DNA of 64,000 nucleotides, taken from a bacterium (GTDB lineage: Bacteria; Zhuqueibacterota; Zhuqueibacteria; Residuimicrobiales; Krinioviventaceae). The notes beneath the pieces are model-generated. The model saw only the letters and a program-made list of their open reading frames with translations, did no database searches and was not told where the DNA came from. The position numbers and the translations under genes were made by a program. The DNA lies in contig CAXXMD010000002.1 of NCBI GenBank assembly GCA_963675755.2, positions 1,728,001 through 1,792,000 of the forward strand, in the 5' to 3' direction. Below are positions 10,946-21,153 of this stretch, one piece after another. Every line of letters begins with the position of its first letter. Positions within the stretch are counted from its first letter, which is position 1.

Positions 10946-11728
10946 ATGGTATCTCGAGTAAAGTGGTTAATTCTATTGTTATTCCCGCTGGTCATATGGG
11001 GTCAAACAAACACAGAAATTACTATACTCTGTGACACGCCTCCTGAACCGCAAATGACCGTGCTGGAACAATTTCTAAACGCCAAAGATTTTAATTGCGC
11101 TCAATTGTCTCAAATGGAATATACCGAGAATAATTTTGGCGATTTCCCTCGCGCAATTATCGTTTATATTCATAAACCCCTAATCCCTCAAGTTGAAGAT
11201 GCATTATTGAATTACTGTAACCAGGGAGGCCGGCTCATTGTATTACACCATGCAATTGCTTCAGCTAAACTGGAAAATAAAAAATGGCTCCCCTTTGCGG
11301 GTATTCGCTTGAGTAAAGAACATACGAGTCCGTTCCCATGGACAGTTTACAGTAATGGCAAAATGGAGATTGTAAAACTATTAGATCATTATATTACAAA
11401 TAATAAAGTAAACTGGAATGACTCTACAAATTATATTTCCTCAGATCAGCCCAGTGCCGCGGCAGTTTTCCCCTCATTCACTATTCAAGAAACAGAGCTA
11501 TTAGCCAACCAAATGTTCACGGATGGTCGACAAAAAACGGTTTTACTGGGATACTCGTTTACAGACTCGGAAACCGGAAAAACAATCACTGCAGACCGTG
11601 GCGGATGGTTTCTACCAAAAGAACAGGGGTATTTCTTTTATTTCGTCGCGGGACACAATCCTTCTGATTTTGAAAATCAAAATTTTAGTCAGATGATAAT
11701 GAACTGCATCACCTGGGAAAGGGATTGA
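10946..11728 (+). CDS. Exported ThuA-like (class I GATase-like) domain protein
   Basis: Signal peptide; GGRLIVLHHA and FYFVAGH motifs. Confidence 0.65.
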   Translation: MVSRVKWLILLLFPLVIWGQTNTEITILCDTPPEPQMTVLEQFLNAKDFNCAQLSQMEYTENNFGDFPRAIIVYIHKPLIPQVEDALLNYCNQGGRLIVLHHAIASAKLENKKWLPFAGIRLSKEHTSPFPWTVYSNGKMEIVKLLDHYITNNKVNWNDSTNYISSDQPSAAAVFPSFTIQETELLANQMFTDGRQKTVLLGYSFTDSETGKTITADRGGWFLPKEQGYFFYFVAGHNPSDFENQNFSQMIMNCITWERD

Positions 11729-11740
11729 CACTCGTTTTTC

Positions 11741-12220
11741 TGTCTGAATTAAGATGAATAGGATTTAAGGATGACAGGATTTGGAGAGAATATTCTGTTT
11801 GTCATCAATCAGATGGATACAAATAACATGGATTCCCTCTGTTTATTATTTTTCTGCTAAAACAAGCCATTAACCAGATATTACATAAACAGAATTTATG
11901 TGTTCAGTTCCAACCGAAACAAGAGTTTCGGTTGGAGCAAAAAAAAGCCACGGATCGACACGGAAGAAACACGGATCGGAATCGTTCATTAATTTTTATT
12001 TTACATGATTTTTATAAATTGATAGTATCAGGGAAAAATAAATTCTGATATTATATTATCAGAATCCATCCATGGAGATTTGTGTGAATCTGTAGCGAAT
12101 TTATTTGTACCGTCTACTCACTCCATCTGCCAACTGGCGGTTTGGAGGCAATATAAAGAATAATTAAAGAGTCAGTATCAAAATCAAGGTAATCAGGTTA
12201 ATCCTTTAATCTGGGTTCAG
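11741..12220. repeat. Cluster of REP-like repeats (GGATT/AATCC-periodic and CACGGAT-periodic families)
   Basis: Units at 11741-11782, 11946-11979, 12058-12106 and 12182-12220; hairpin at about 11908-11937. Confidence 0.7.
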
Positions 12221-12806
12221 GGTAATAACGCTCCACAACCGATTCCACCTGTGCAAGCCAGGTTTTGCGCTCCATCTCGGTACTGGTAACAATGATGCGA
12301 AACATTTCCCGGTAAAACGATTTCACCCCGCATAAATCAAACATACAGTCTTTCCAGATTCGCTGTAATGGATCTCCAAACACCTCAATCTCCCGTTTTT
12401 CAGAAGTATTTGCTGTGTTGAAAACCAATGCGGATTTGGCCTTCAAGAGTCCCACCGGTACGCCTTCACCGCTGTCCCCATCTATAAACTCGTACGCTAC
12501 ACCGGGGCGGATTACCCGGTCTACCCAGCCCTTGAGGATAGCCGGCGGCATGCCCCACCAATTTGGATGTACGATAATAATACCGTCTGATTCCATCAGT
12601 TCTTTACAATAGGTATCCAATTCAGGGGATATGTTAGCACCTTTGGGGAATTCTTTTGCAGGCAGTAAAGGATCGAATCCTTCTGCATACAGATCATGAT
12701 ACCAGACCGTGTGGTTGCAGGACAACAGCTTGTCCCTGGCAGTCTGTGCAATTGCATGATTAAAGCTGTTCGAATCGGGATGTGCGAGTATTATAGAGAT
12801 GTTCAT
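12198..12806 (-). CDS. NAD(P)H dehydrogenase (quinone), flavodoxin_2 family
   Basis: ILAHP..SFN, DLY...FDP, HPNWWGMPPAILKGWVDRV; likely start ATG 12806. Confidence 0.92.
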   Translation of the reverse strand: MNISIILAHPDSNSFNHAIAQTARDKLLSCNHTVWYHDLYAEGFDPLLPAKEFPKGANISPELDTYCKELMESDGIIIVHPNWWGMPPAILKGWVDRVIRPGVAYEFIDGDSGEGVPVGLLKAKSALVFNTANTSEKREIEVFGDPLQRIWKDCMFDLCGVKSFYREMFRIIVTSTEMERKTWLAQVESVVERYYPEPRLKD

Positions 12807-12922
12807 AAAAAAAACATATAAATTGATTATCATTTTTAATGTAAATAAAAAAATGCTTGCGATCCAATGTAATAATTTTTAATTATAAATTACATAAATT
12901 AATTTAAAAATTGGGGAACATA

Positions 12923-14371
12923 ATGGATGACGATTTTGAAAGCTATATCTGCCATGATTGCATTGGGGATCAATATATAAAAAAAAGTATTAAACAAACT
13001 GGTACAATTAATAAATGCCATTACTGTAATAAAAAACGAAAAAGTATAAATTTAACTGAATTGGTAAATTGGGTTGATGGAATATTTAATAATTATTACA
13101 AACAAGGTGATGAATATCCAGTGCCAGATTATGAAACTGATAAAATATTCTGGCATACTGAAGGTAGTCCTTTAGATGAAATAATTGCTAATTTGCTTCA
13201 AGTTGAAAATGAAATTGTTTCTGATATTGTTGCAAATCTGGATAACGATATAGACCGATATCTTGCAATTAAAGATGGTGATACTCCATTTTATGACAAT
13301 GAAATGAATTATACTCCTATTGAGATTGAGAGAATCAATCAAAACCATTCAAACCTATGGATTAAATTTTGTAATATTGTTAAACATCAGAAGAGATTTT
13401 TTAGTGAAGAAGTCGTTGAAATATTAAACGATATATTCTCAGGCTTGAAACAATATCGTTGTTTCGATGAAGAATTACACATAAGAAATATAAATCCAGA
13501 TGAAAAAGATAGTACAATTTATCGAGCAAGAAGAGCAATAAGTGAAAAGGATAGAATTAAGATATGTTTAGATCCTGTAAATGAATTGGGTCCACCACCA
13601 CCTAATAAAGCAATTGCTGGTAGAATGAATCCCTCCGGTATTTCAGTATTTTATGCAGCTTTTGAAAGAGAAACTTGTATCGCAGAATTAAGATTACCGG
13701 TTGGTGAAACAGCAATTAGTGGGGAATTTAAAGTAATAAAAAGTATCAAAGTTCTTGACTTGACAAAATTTCACAAACTTTATGCAGAATTAAGTTATTT
13801 TGATCCTGATTTTCCTGATAAAGCAAGCCGTTTAGATTTTCTTCGTCATTTTGAAAACCAGATAAGCCAGGTTATTTTAAAATCAGATAATGAAATTGAA
13901 TATATTCCTACTCAAGCATTTATTGAATACCTGGCAAATCACTTTCAGCACAAAATCGACGCTGTTATTTATTCATCATCACAAAATAAAAATGGAAAAA
14001 ATATTGTATTGTTAAACCATGTTGCAAAAATTAAACAAAATGATCAAAAGGAAAAGACAATTTCCAAAACACCTAAATATAAAGAAAATTGGTATGAAGA
14101 TTTTTACACTATATGGGAAGAATCAGAAAGGTCTACGAAAGAAGAAAATGATAACGATCTTAATAAGGTTTTAGATAATGATACACAATTTGACTTTGAT
14201 ACTGATAATAATTACTTAAATGAAGAAATTAAAACTCCGTATCTATCATTTGTTCCTGATAGTTTAGAAATACATAAAGTTAATCAAATTAACCCAACTA
14301 TAGAATCAACTTCTGTTTCAATTTATAATAAAAACAATAAATTATTTAATGATGGTATAATTGAATTATAA
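12923..14371 (+). CDS. RES-domain protein with N-terminal Zn-binding HEPN/RES_NTD1-like region
   Basis: CHDC..CHYC at the N-terminus; YRAR, GRMNPSGISVFY, E, YIPTQ and Y.S residues; strongly AT-rich. Confidence 0.85.
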   Translation: MDDDFESYICHDCIGDQYIKKSIKQTGTINKCHYCNKKRKSINLTELVNWVDGIFNNYYKQGDEYPVPDYETDKIFWHTEGSPLDEIIANLLQVENEIVSDIVANLDNDIDRYLAIKDGDTPFYDNEMNYTPIEIERINQNHSNLWIKFCNIVKHQKRFFSEEVVEILNDIFSGLKQYRCFDEELHIRNINPDEKDSTIYRARRAISEKDRIKICLDPVNELGPPPPNKAIAGRMNPSGISVFYAAFERETCIAELRLPVGETAISGEFKVIKSIKVLDLTKFHKLYAELSYFDPDFPDKASRLDFLRHFENQISQVILKSDNEIEYIPTQAFIEYLANHFQHKIDAVIYSSSQNKNGKNIVLLNHVAKIKQNDQKEKTISKTPKYKENWYEDFYTIWEESERSTKEENDNDLNKVLDNDTQFDFDTDNNYLNEEIKTPYLSFVPDSLEIHKVNQINPTIESTSVSIYNKNNKLFNDGIIEL

Positions 14372-14422
14372 TACCTAGCTATTTATATTACTTAGTCGTA
14401 AAGGCCTGGTCCTGACGGAGAA

Positions 14423-14570
14423 ATCAGAACCAATCCGTGCAGATCAGTGTGTATCCGTGGCTAATTTCTTTACTAAATCAATCAGCAATTTGGAGGATTA
14501 GACACTGTCTAATTAACAGCCCCCTTATTAATCCTAGAATCCTTTAATCCTAAAAATCTTAATTCAAACA
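14423..14570. repeat. Second copy of the composite REP-like repeat found at 12058-12220
   Basis: First 49 nt match 12058-12106 at 38/49; shared TTTGGAGG; ends in an AATCC-periodic unit. Confidence 0.65.
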
Positions 14571-14580
14571 ATAAAATCAA

Positions 14581-15459
14581 TTACAGCGACTGTTTTGCGG
14601 CTTTGACCGTGTTAGCAAGCAGCATAACGATGGTCATGGGGCCTACACCACCAGGTACCGGAGTAATGGCTTCTGCAACTTCTTTGACATTATCAAAGTC
14701 CACATCACCTACAAGGCGGTATCCGCGTTTAGCTGAAGGATCATCTTTGCGGTTGGTGCCCACATCGATCACAACAGCACCGGGTTTAACCATATCTTTG
14801 GTTATAATTCCCGCACGTCCCGCGGCAGCCACGAGTATGTCCGCTTGTTTGGTATAAGGAGTCAAATCACCTGAACCGGTATGACAAACCGTAACGGTTG
14901 CATTAGCGTCTTCTTTTTTCTGCATCATCATATTGGCGAATGGCAGGCCAACCAGTAAGCTGCGTCCCACCACAACCACATGTTTGCCTTTGGTTTCAAC
15001 ACCATTACGGATGAGCAACTGCTGCACACCTGCAGGAGTACAGGGTAAAAAGCAATTTTCTCCCGCGGTCAAACGACCACGACTGACAGGATTCAATCCA
15101 TCTACATCTTTATCAGGAGAAATAGCTTCAATAATCTTTTTGGAATCAATTTGCTTAGGGACCGGCAATTGTACCAGAATGCCATGCACTTGCGAATCAT
15201 TATTGAGTTTATCTACCACAGCCAGCAATTCTTCTTCTGTTGTTTCTTCCGGTAAAAGAATAGTTTCGGAGCCGAGTCCGTGTTTTTCGCAGGCTTTTTG
15301 TTTCATGCCCACATATACTTTGGATGCCGGATCTTCGCCAACCAGGACAACCGTAAGGTGCGGTGTACATCCATCAGCCTTTAACTTGGCTACATCATCC
15401 GCAATTTCCTGGTAAATAGCTTCTGCAGTTAATTTTCCATCAATAATTCTTGCGCTCAC
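14581..15459 (-). CDS. folD: Methylenetetrahydrofolate dehydrogenase/cyclohydrolase
   Basis: KDVDG, PCTP, GRS..VG and TPVPGGVGPMT motifs. Confidence 0.97.
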   Translation of the reverse strand: MSARIIDGKLTAEAIYQEIADDVAKLKADGCTPHLTVVLVGEDPASKVYVGMKQKACEKHGLGSETILLPEETTEEELLAVVDKLNNDSQVHGILVQLPVPKQIDSKKIIEAISPDKDVDGLNPVSRGRLTAGENCFLPCTPAGVQQLLIRNGVETKGKHVVVVGRSLLVGLPFANMMMQKKEDANATVTVCHTGSGDLTPYTKQADILVAAAGRAGIITKDMVKPGAVVIDVGTNRKDDPSAKRGYRLVGDVDFDNVKEVAEAITPVPGGVGPMTIVMLLANTVKAAKQSL

Positions 15460-15472
15460 AATGCAACTCCCT

Positions 15473-16267
15473 CTATGGCAGGTTAATACGTTGAATACCG
15501 GTAGCCCGGCCGGTTTGAATATCTATATCAACAACCACTGCATTTAAACGAATGTTTGTACTTGCAAGCTGGTATTTTTCTGGTAATTGGGTTACAAATC
15601 GTTTAATGGCAACATGGGTTTCCAATCCAATTACCGAATCAAAGGGACCAGTCATGCCCACATCCGTGATATATGCAGTACCTTTGTGCAGTAACCGCTC
15701 ATCAGCAGTCTGCACATGTGTATGGGTTCCTACAACTGCACTGACTTTACCATCCAGATACCAGCCCAATGCCAGTTTTTCTGCTGAAGCTTCAGCATGA
15801 AAATCAACAAAGATAATATTTGTCTGCTGTCTCAGCATCTCTGCTTCTTCCAGGCCAACTTTGAACGGGCAATCAATAGGATTCATAAACGTGCGTCCCT
15901 GAAGATTGATTACACCAACATTGATACCAGATGGATGATTAAATAAAAGCGAGCCCTTGCCGGGTGCTTCGGATGGAAAATTCATTGGGCGTAAAACCCG
16001 TGTGGCAGTATCGAGATAGGAACGAAAATCAGCAATATTCCAGCTGTGGTTACCGCCGGTGACAACATCAATACCGGCGCTAAAATATTTGCGGACAACC
16101 TGTTCTGTCAATCCCCTGCCATTGTAGCCATTTTCACCATTGGCAATGGTCATGTCAACATGATATTGCTTGATGAGGTTTGGCAGCAAGGCAGAAATGA
16201 TTGTCAGACCAGGTTTACCAACAATATCCGCTATAAATAAAATTGTAAATTTCTTTTTATCAGACAC
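15473..16267 (-). CDS. ymdB: YmdB/TIGR00282 metallophosphoesterase
   Basis: DIVG, NGEN, GNH, DFHAEA and GTHTHV motifs; downstream of rny. Confidence 0.92.
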   Translation of the reverse strand: MSDKKKFTILFIADIVGKPGLTIISALLPNLIKQYHVDMTIANGENGYNGRGLTEQVVRKYFSAGIDVVTGGNHSWNIADFRSYLDTATRVLRPMNFPSEAPGKGSLLFNHPSGINVGVINLQGRTFMNPIDCPFKVGLEEAEMLRQQTNIIFVDFHAEASAEKLALGWYLDGKVSAVVGTHTHVQTADERLLHKGTAYITDVGMTGPFDSVIGLETHVAIKRFVTQLPEKYQLASTNIRLNAVVVDIDIQTGRATGIQRINLP

Positions 16268-16291
16268 CTGAATCCAAACTTTGTTCGGGTT

Positions 16292-17857
16292 CTATTTTGC
16301 GTATTCTATAGCACGGTATTCACGAATAACCGTAACTTTGATTTGTCCAGGATATTCCATTTCCTGTTGGATCTTTTCTGCAATATCTGCGGACAATTGT
16401 TCGCACATATCATCACCAATTTTTTCGTGTTCAACGATAACACGAATTTCACGTCCGGCTTGAATTGCATAAGACTTTTCAACACCAGGGAAAGAATTGG
16501 CAACAGATTCGAGCTTGTCGAGACGTTTGATATAAGACTCGAGAGTTTCACGACGTGCACCAGGACGAGAACCGCTGATTGCATCTGCAGCTTGCACCAG
16601 TACCGAAATAGGATGGGTCGGCTCAACATCTTCATGATGAGACGCAATGGCATTCAGTACAATGGGGCCTTCGCCGCATTTTTTTGCAATCTCTACACCG
16701 ATCTGGGTATGAGTACCCTCGGTGTAACGGTCAATGGCTTTACCAATATCATGCATCAGACCTGCACGTTTGGCAAGTTCACCATCAAATCCCAGGCTTG
16801 ACGCCAAAAGACCTGTAACATAGGCAACTTCAATAGAGTGCTGCAATACATTTTGACCATAGCTGGTACGATATTTCAATTTACCCAGCAAACGGACAAT
16901 CTCGTTATGAACGCCGGTGATACCGGTTTCAAAAACAGCAGATTCACCGATCTCCATGAGTTTTTCTTCCATTTCATCGTGGACTTTTTTCACCACTTCT
17001 TCAATACGAGCCGGGTGAATACGTCCATCCTGAACCAGACGTTCAAGTGCTACGCGAGCAACTTCACGACGGAACGGATCAAAACCAGACAATACAACCG
17101 CCTCCGGGGTATCATCCACAATGACTTCAACACCTGTTGCGGTTTCAAATGACCGAATATTACGACCTTCACGACCAATGATACGACCCTTCATATCATC
17201 ACCGGGCAAACTCACAACAGAAACTGTAGTTTCGGTAGAATGATCTGCGGCAGTACGTTGAATTGCCTGAATAATAATTTCTTTGGCCTCGCGGTTAGCC
17301 ATTTGGCGGGCGTTGTCTTTGATTTCTTTGATCTCTTTGGCTGCAGCTTGCTTGGCCTTGTCGACCAGGTTCTGCATAAGGATCTTTTTAGCTTCTTCGT
17401 TTGAAATGCCACTGATCGATTCCAGCTTTTTGTTCTGTTCTTCAATCAGCTGTTCAAGATCGCCTTCGAGTTTTTGACATTTCTCTTCACGAACTTTGAT
17501 TCGTTTATCTTGCTCATTCACAGACCGTTCTTTTTGGTTCAAAAGGTCATTACGACGATCAAGATTCAGTTCACGTTGATTACATTTGTTTTCAAGCTTG
17601 GAAATTTCGCTGCGTTTGGTTTTGGTTTCGTTTTCAAGTGTTTGTTTTAAACGGTGCCATTCTTCCTTTGCTTCGAGTACTTTTTCACGCTTGATATTGC
17701 TTGCTTCTTTTTGAGCATCATTAACTATTTTTTCTGCCATCTTTTCGGCTTTGGCAACTTTGGATTTACCAATATATTTGGAAACAATCCAGCCACCGAT
17801 AAAGGCAATGATAGCAGTCAATGCTGCCACCAATATTGTAACTATCCAATTCTCCAT
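16292..17857 (-). CDS. rny: Ribonuclease Y
   Basis: N-terminal TM, coiled coil, KH domain (KGRIIGREGRNIR), HD domain (HDIGK). Confidence 0.97.
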   Translation of the reverse strand: MENWIVTILVAALTAIIAFIGGWIVSKYIGKSKVAKAEKMAEKIVNDAQKEASNIKREKVLEAKEEWHRLKQTLENETKTKRSEISKLENKCNQRELNLDRRNDLLNQKERSVNEQDKRIKVREEKCQKLEGDLEQLIEEQNKKLESISGISNEEAKKILMQNLVDKAKQAAAKEIKEIKDNARQMANREAKEIIIQAIQRTAADHSTETTVSVVSLPGDDMKGRIIGREGRNIRSFETATGVEVIVDDTPEAVVLSGFDPFRREVARVALERLVQDGRIHPARIEEVVKKVHDEMEEKLMEIGESAVFETGITGVHNEIVRLLGKLKYRTSYGQNVLQHSIEVAYVTGLLASSLGFDGELAKRAGLMHDIGKAIDRYTEGTHTQIGVEIAKKCGEGPIVLNAIASHHEDVEPTHPISVLVQAADAISGSRPGARRETLESYIKRLDKLESVANSFPGVEKSYAIQAGREIRVIVEHEKIGDDMCEQLSADIAEKIQQEMEYPGQIKVTVIREYRAIEYAK

Positions 17858-17871
17858 GGCCCCTCCGAAAT

Positions 17872-17990
17872 AAAAAAGCCCAGTATTTGCATATTAATCT
17901 GACTCATTCGTTAATTTTCCAGGTGTAAAACAGGCAGGAATGTAAATAAATACAGGAAACAGGTGTCAGACTCTCGCAATCTGGGTCTCA
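17872..17990 (-). ncRNA. Putative 6S-like RNA or structured rny leader
   Basis: Between zapA and rny, a common ssrS position; nested pairings CCCAG/CUGGG, UUGC/GCAA, UCUGAC/GUCAGA, UUUCC/GGAAA, then a U run; shorter than typical 6S. Confidence 0.4.
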
Positions 17991-18015
17991 CAAACAGTAT
18001 TGGATGGTTACGTTT

Positions 18016-18366
18016 TTACTCCAATATATTTTTATCAGACTCAAACTTTGTTAATTGATCATCATCCTCCAGGGATTTTTGGATACCAAGTTCCAATTTG
18101 TTGGTTATTTGATCAATACGATCTGTATAATTTTTCATTTGTTCGCCATCAGAATTCAATGCCTGATGTAACTCATCAGCTATATTTAAACAAGCCAAAA
18201 TAGCTATCTGGTGCATGGGTCGTTCGGGCTTGGCTGATTGAATTTCTCTCATTTTTCTGTCAACAAAGCTTGCTACCTTTTGAATGTATTCAACATCTTC
18301 ATTAACCTTTAATGGATATTCTATATCCATTATTTTCACTTTGAGTATATTTTGATCTACATTCAT
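18016..18366 (-). CDS. zapA: Cell division protein ZapA
   Basis: VKI...EY...VA..VD.KM...AILACLNIADE; position downstream of pheT. Confidence 0.9.
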   Translation of the reverse strand: MNVDQNILKVKIMDIEYPLKVNEDVEYIQKVASFVDRKMREIQSAKPERPMHQIAILACLNIADELHQALNSDGEQMKNYTDRIDQITNKLELGIQKSLEDDDQLTKFESDKNILE

Positions 18367-18434
18367 AAGATTTACATTGACATAAACATCAGACTATATG
18401 GTCTGAATTCATTATTTTAATAGGATACAATGAA

Positions 18435-18728
18435 TTAATCTACGAGTTTCAACTCTTCCAATTTCGCCAACATGCTTTTTATTCGTTGACGTAACTGCTC
18501 TTCCTTTTCCTGATACTTTAATACTTCCGAGCCTTTTGAATTTTTTTTTAGCTCCTCAATAGTTTTTTGTAATCCTTCCATAAACAACTCTTGTTCTGCC
18601 AGACGGGTCCTGAGTTGTTTATTCTCCTTTCCCAATATCCGATTTTTCTTTGTCAAATAGGCAATCTGCTTTATTGCCTCAAAAACTTTGGCTTCCAGGT
18701 TGTTAATTTTTTGATCAAATGCTGTCAT
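18435..18728 (-). CDS. Coiled-coil protein (ZapB-like)
   Basis: Heptad-rich 97 aa ORF between pheT and zapA. Confidence 0.65.
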   Translation of the reverse strand: MTAFDQKINNLEAKVFEAIKQIAYLTKKNRILGKENKQLRTRLAEQELFMEGLQKTIEELKKNSKGSEVLKYQEKEEQLRQRIKSMLAKLEELKLVD

Positions 18729-18732
18729 TTAA

Positions 18733-21132
18733 TTATCCTGGACGAAGTTCAGCACCAAACAATGTTTTTAAATGCTTTAGCACTCCTTGTACGGCGCGAT
18801 CTACTTCTTCATCATCCAATGTACGTTCTTTTGATGAAAAGGTCAATGAAAAAGCAACACTTTTTTTACCTTGCTGTATTTGCTCACCTTTATAAAAATC
18901 AAACAAATGTACATTGTTTATATAGGGTCCTGCCGACTTCCAAATTTCATCCAAGACATTCTGAATGGGTATATTTACGTCAATCAACAAAGCGATATCA
19001 AATGGAGATGACGGAAATTTGGATACAGGCACAAACTCTTTAAGGGTAGTTCTGTTTTCATATATTGTTTGAAAATCGAGACAGAATGCAAAAGCATCCT
19101 GAACTTTGATTTTAAACAATGAACATATCTTTTTATCGATTTTACCAAACTCGCCTATTTCTTTGCCATCAACAAGCACTAGCGCACTGTGTGCATCCCA
19201 ATAGGAGGATTTGGCTGGTTTCAGTTCGTAATTTTCAATACCACATTTGTTTAATAATGCGGTTACTACTCCCTTTATATCATAAAAATCGAATGCTTCC
19301 TCTTTACCATACCAGGTGTTTTCTGTTTTCTTGCCTGCAAGAACACCACAAACCTCAACCCATTCCCGATATTCATCTTTACCGGGGACTTTGTAAGCTG
19401 CATTTCCGATCTCATAAAATCTGAGATTGGGAATCTGACGGTTTCTGTTATAGGCAACGTTTGTTAACAGCGAAATCAAAACAGAAGAGCGGAAAACTGC
19501 CATATCCGTACTCATGGGATTCATAAGAGCAACGGTTTCTGTTTCTGCTGGTAAAAAAGGATTTGCGTGACGTTCAGAAACCAAAGAAAAGGATACATTT
19601 TCCATGAATCCAAATCCGGTTAAATATTCACGCATTTTATCTCTAAATGCCACCTGCGGATTGGCTTCCTGATTCTGGTCAATCTGCGGTGCCATATTGA
19701 AATCAATATTATTGTAACCGTACAAGCGGGCAACTTCTTCCGAAATATCAACAGGTTTCAATAAATCCGGTCGAAAAGTTGGCGCTTTAACTGTAAAAGT
19801 TTCATCATCCTGTGAAAGTACCTGCATTTCCAAAGGCAACAACAGATTGCACATTTCACTGGTGGTTAAATTTGTACCGAGTAAATTATTGACCCGTTCA
19901 GTTTTTACTGAAATTTCAACAGGATCAATTTCTCTTGCAACATTATTAATAAAAGATTCAACAACCTGACCTTCAGCCAGTTCTTCCATGAGCTGAGCCG
20001 CACGATCCATAGCATAAACCTGGCCATTAGGATCAGAACCACGCTCAAAACGACGTGAAGATTCTGTCATTAAACCCAATTTAGTCGATGTCTTACGTAC
20101 CGTTACCGGTTCAAAGTAAGCGCTTTCCAGAAAGACGGTGGTTGTATCGTTTTCAACTTCAGAATTTAATCCGCCCATAACACCAGCTAGCGCAACAGGC
20201 TTTTCACCGTCACAAATCAACAGATCGTTACTGTCAAGTTTGTGTTCCTGGTTGTCCAACGTTGTAAAAGGTTCACCCGCTTTGGCATCCCTAACAATGA
20301 TTGCGTTTCCAGAAATTGTTTTGTAATCAAACGCATGAAGAGGTTGGCCGGTTTCCATCATAACATAGTTGGTAATATCAACAACATTATTAATAGCACG
20401 CACACCAACCGCATGCAGACGAGACACAAGCCAGTCTGGAGACGGTTTGATAACAATATTTTTAATCATTCTGCCGGCATAACGCGCGCATTTATCCGCA
20501 TTTTGGATATCAACGCGTATTTCACCATTAATATCATCATTGACAGTATTGTTGAATTTAATTTCGGGTTTACGTAAAGGCATGCCGGTAATTGCAGAAA
20601 TTTCTCTTGCAATTCCAATGACACTGAGACAATCAGGACGATTGGATGTAATAGCGATATCGATAACGGTATCAGGTTCACCCATAAGGGCTTGCATATC
20701 CGCACCTACCTGTGTATCTTTAGGAAGTTCCATCAGGCCGTCAGCACGTTCAGATAGCCCCAGTTCCATTTCAGAACAAAGCATACCGTTAGAAAGAATA
20801 CCACGTACTTTACGCGCGGTGATCTTGAAATCTTTTCCCAGAACAGCACCCACCTGTGCAAAGGGAGCAATCATTCCTTCACGAACATTGGGAGCACCAC
20901 AAACGACCTCTAACTGTTCACTACCGTTATCCACAATGCAGAGGTTCAGCTTGTCGGCATCCGGATGTTTCTCAACAGAAAGAACTTTACCCGCTACAAC
21001 ATTTGAAAATTCGCGGGACTCTTTATAAATAGATTCAACCTCAAGACCGGCCATTGTGATCTTTTCAGCCAGTTCTTCAGGAGAAAGTTGAATATCGACG
21101 TAATCTTTTAACCAGTTGAGTGTAACTTTCAA
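18733..21132 (-). CDS. pheT: Phenylalanine-tRNA ligase beta subunit
   Basis: HPDADKL, NRPDCLS, RRFERG motifs; FDX-ACB C-terminus. Confidence 0.97.
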   Translation of the reverse strand: MKVTLNWLKDYVDIQLSPEELAEKITMAGLEVESIYKESREFSNVVAGKVLSVEKHPDADKLNLCIVDNGSEQLEVVCGAPNVREGMIAPFAQVGAVLGKDFKITARKVRGILSNGMLCSEMELGLSERADGLMELPKDTQVGADMQALMGEPDTVIDIAITSNRPDCLSVIGIAREISAITGMPLRKPEIKFNNTVNDDINGEIRVDIQNADKCARYAGRMIKNIVIKPSPDWLVSRLHAVGVRAINNVVDITNYVMMETGQPLHAFDYKTISGNAIIVRDAKAGEPFTTLDNQEHKLDSNDLLICDGEKPVALAGVMGGLNSEVENDTTTVFLESAYFEPVTVRKTSTKLGLMTESSRRFERGSDPNGQVYAMDRAAQLMEELAEGQVVESFINNVAREIDPVEISVKTERVNNLLGTNLTTSEMCNLLLPLEMQVLSQDDETFTVKAPTFRPDLLKPVDISEEVARLYGYNNIDFNMAPQIDQNQEANPQVAFRDKMREYLTGFGFMENVSFSLVSERHANPFLPAETETVALMNPMSTDMAVFRSSVLISLLTNVAYNRNRQIPNLRFYEIGNAAYKVPGKDEYREWVEVCGVLAGKKTENTWYGKEEAFDFYDIKGVVTALLNKCGIENYELKPAKSSYWDAHSALVLVDGKEIGEFGKIDKKICSLFKIKVQDAFAFCLDFQTIYENRTTLKEFVPVSKFPSSPFDIALLIDVNIPIQNVLDEIWKSAGPYINNVHLFDFYKGEQIQQGKKSVAFSLTFSSKERTLDDEEVDRAVQGVLKHLKTLFGAELRPG

Positions 21133-21153
21133 TGTATTGTTCCAGGAATTATA

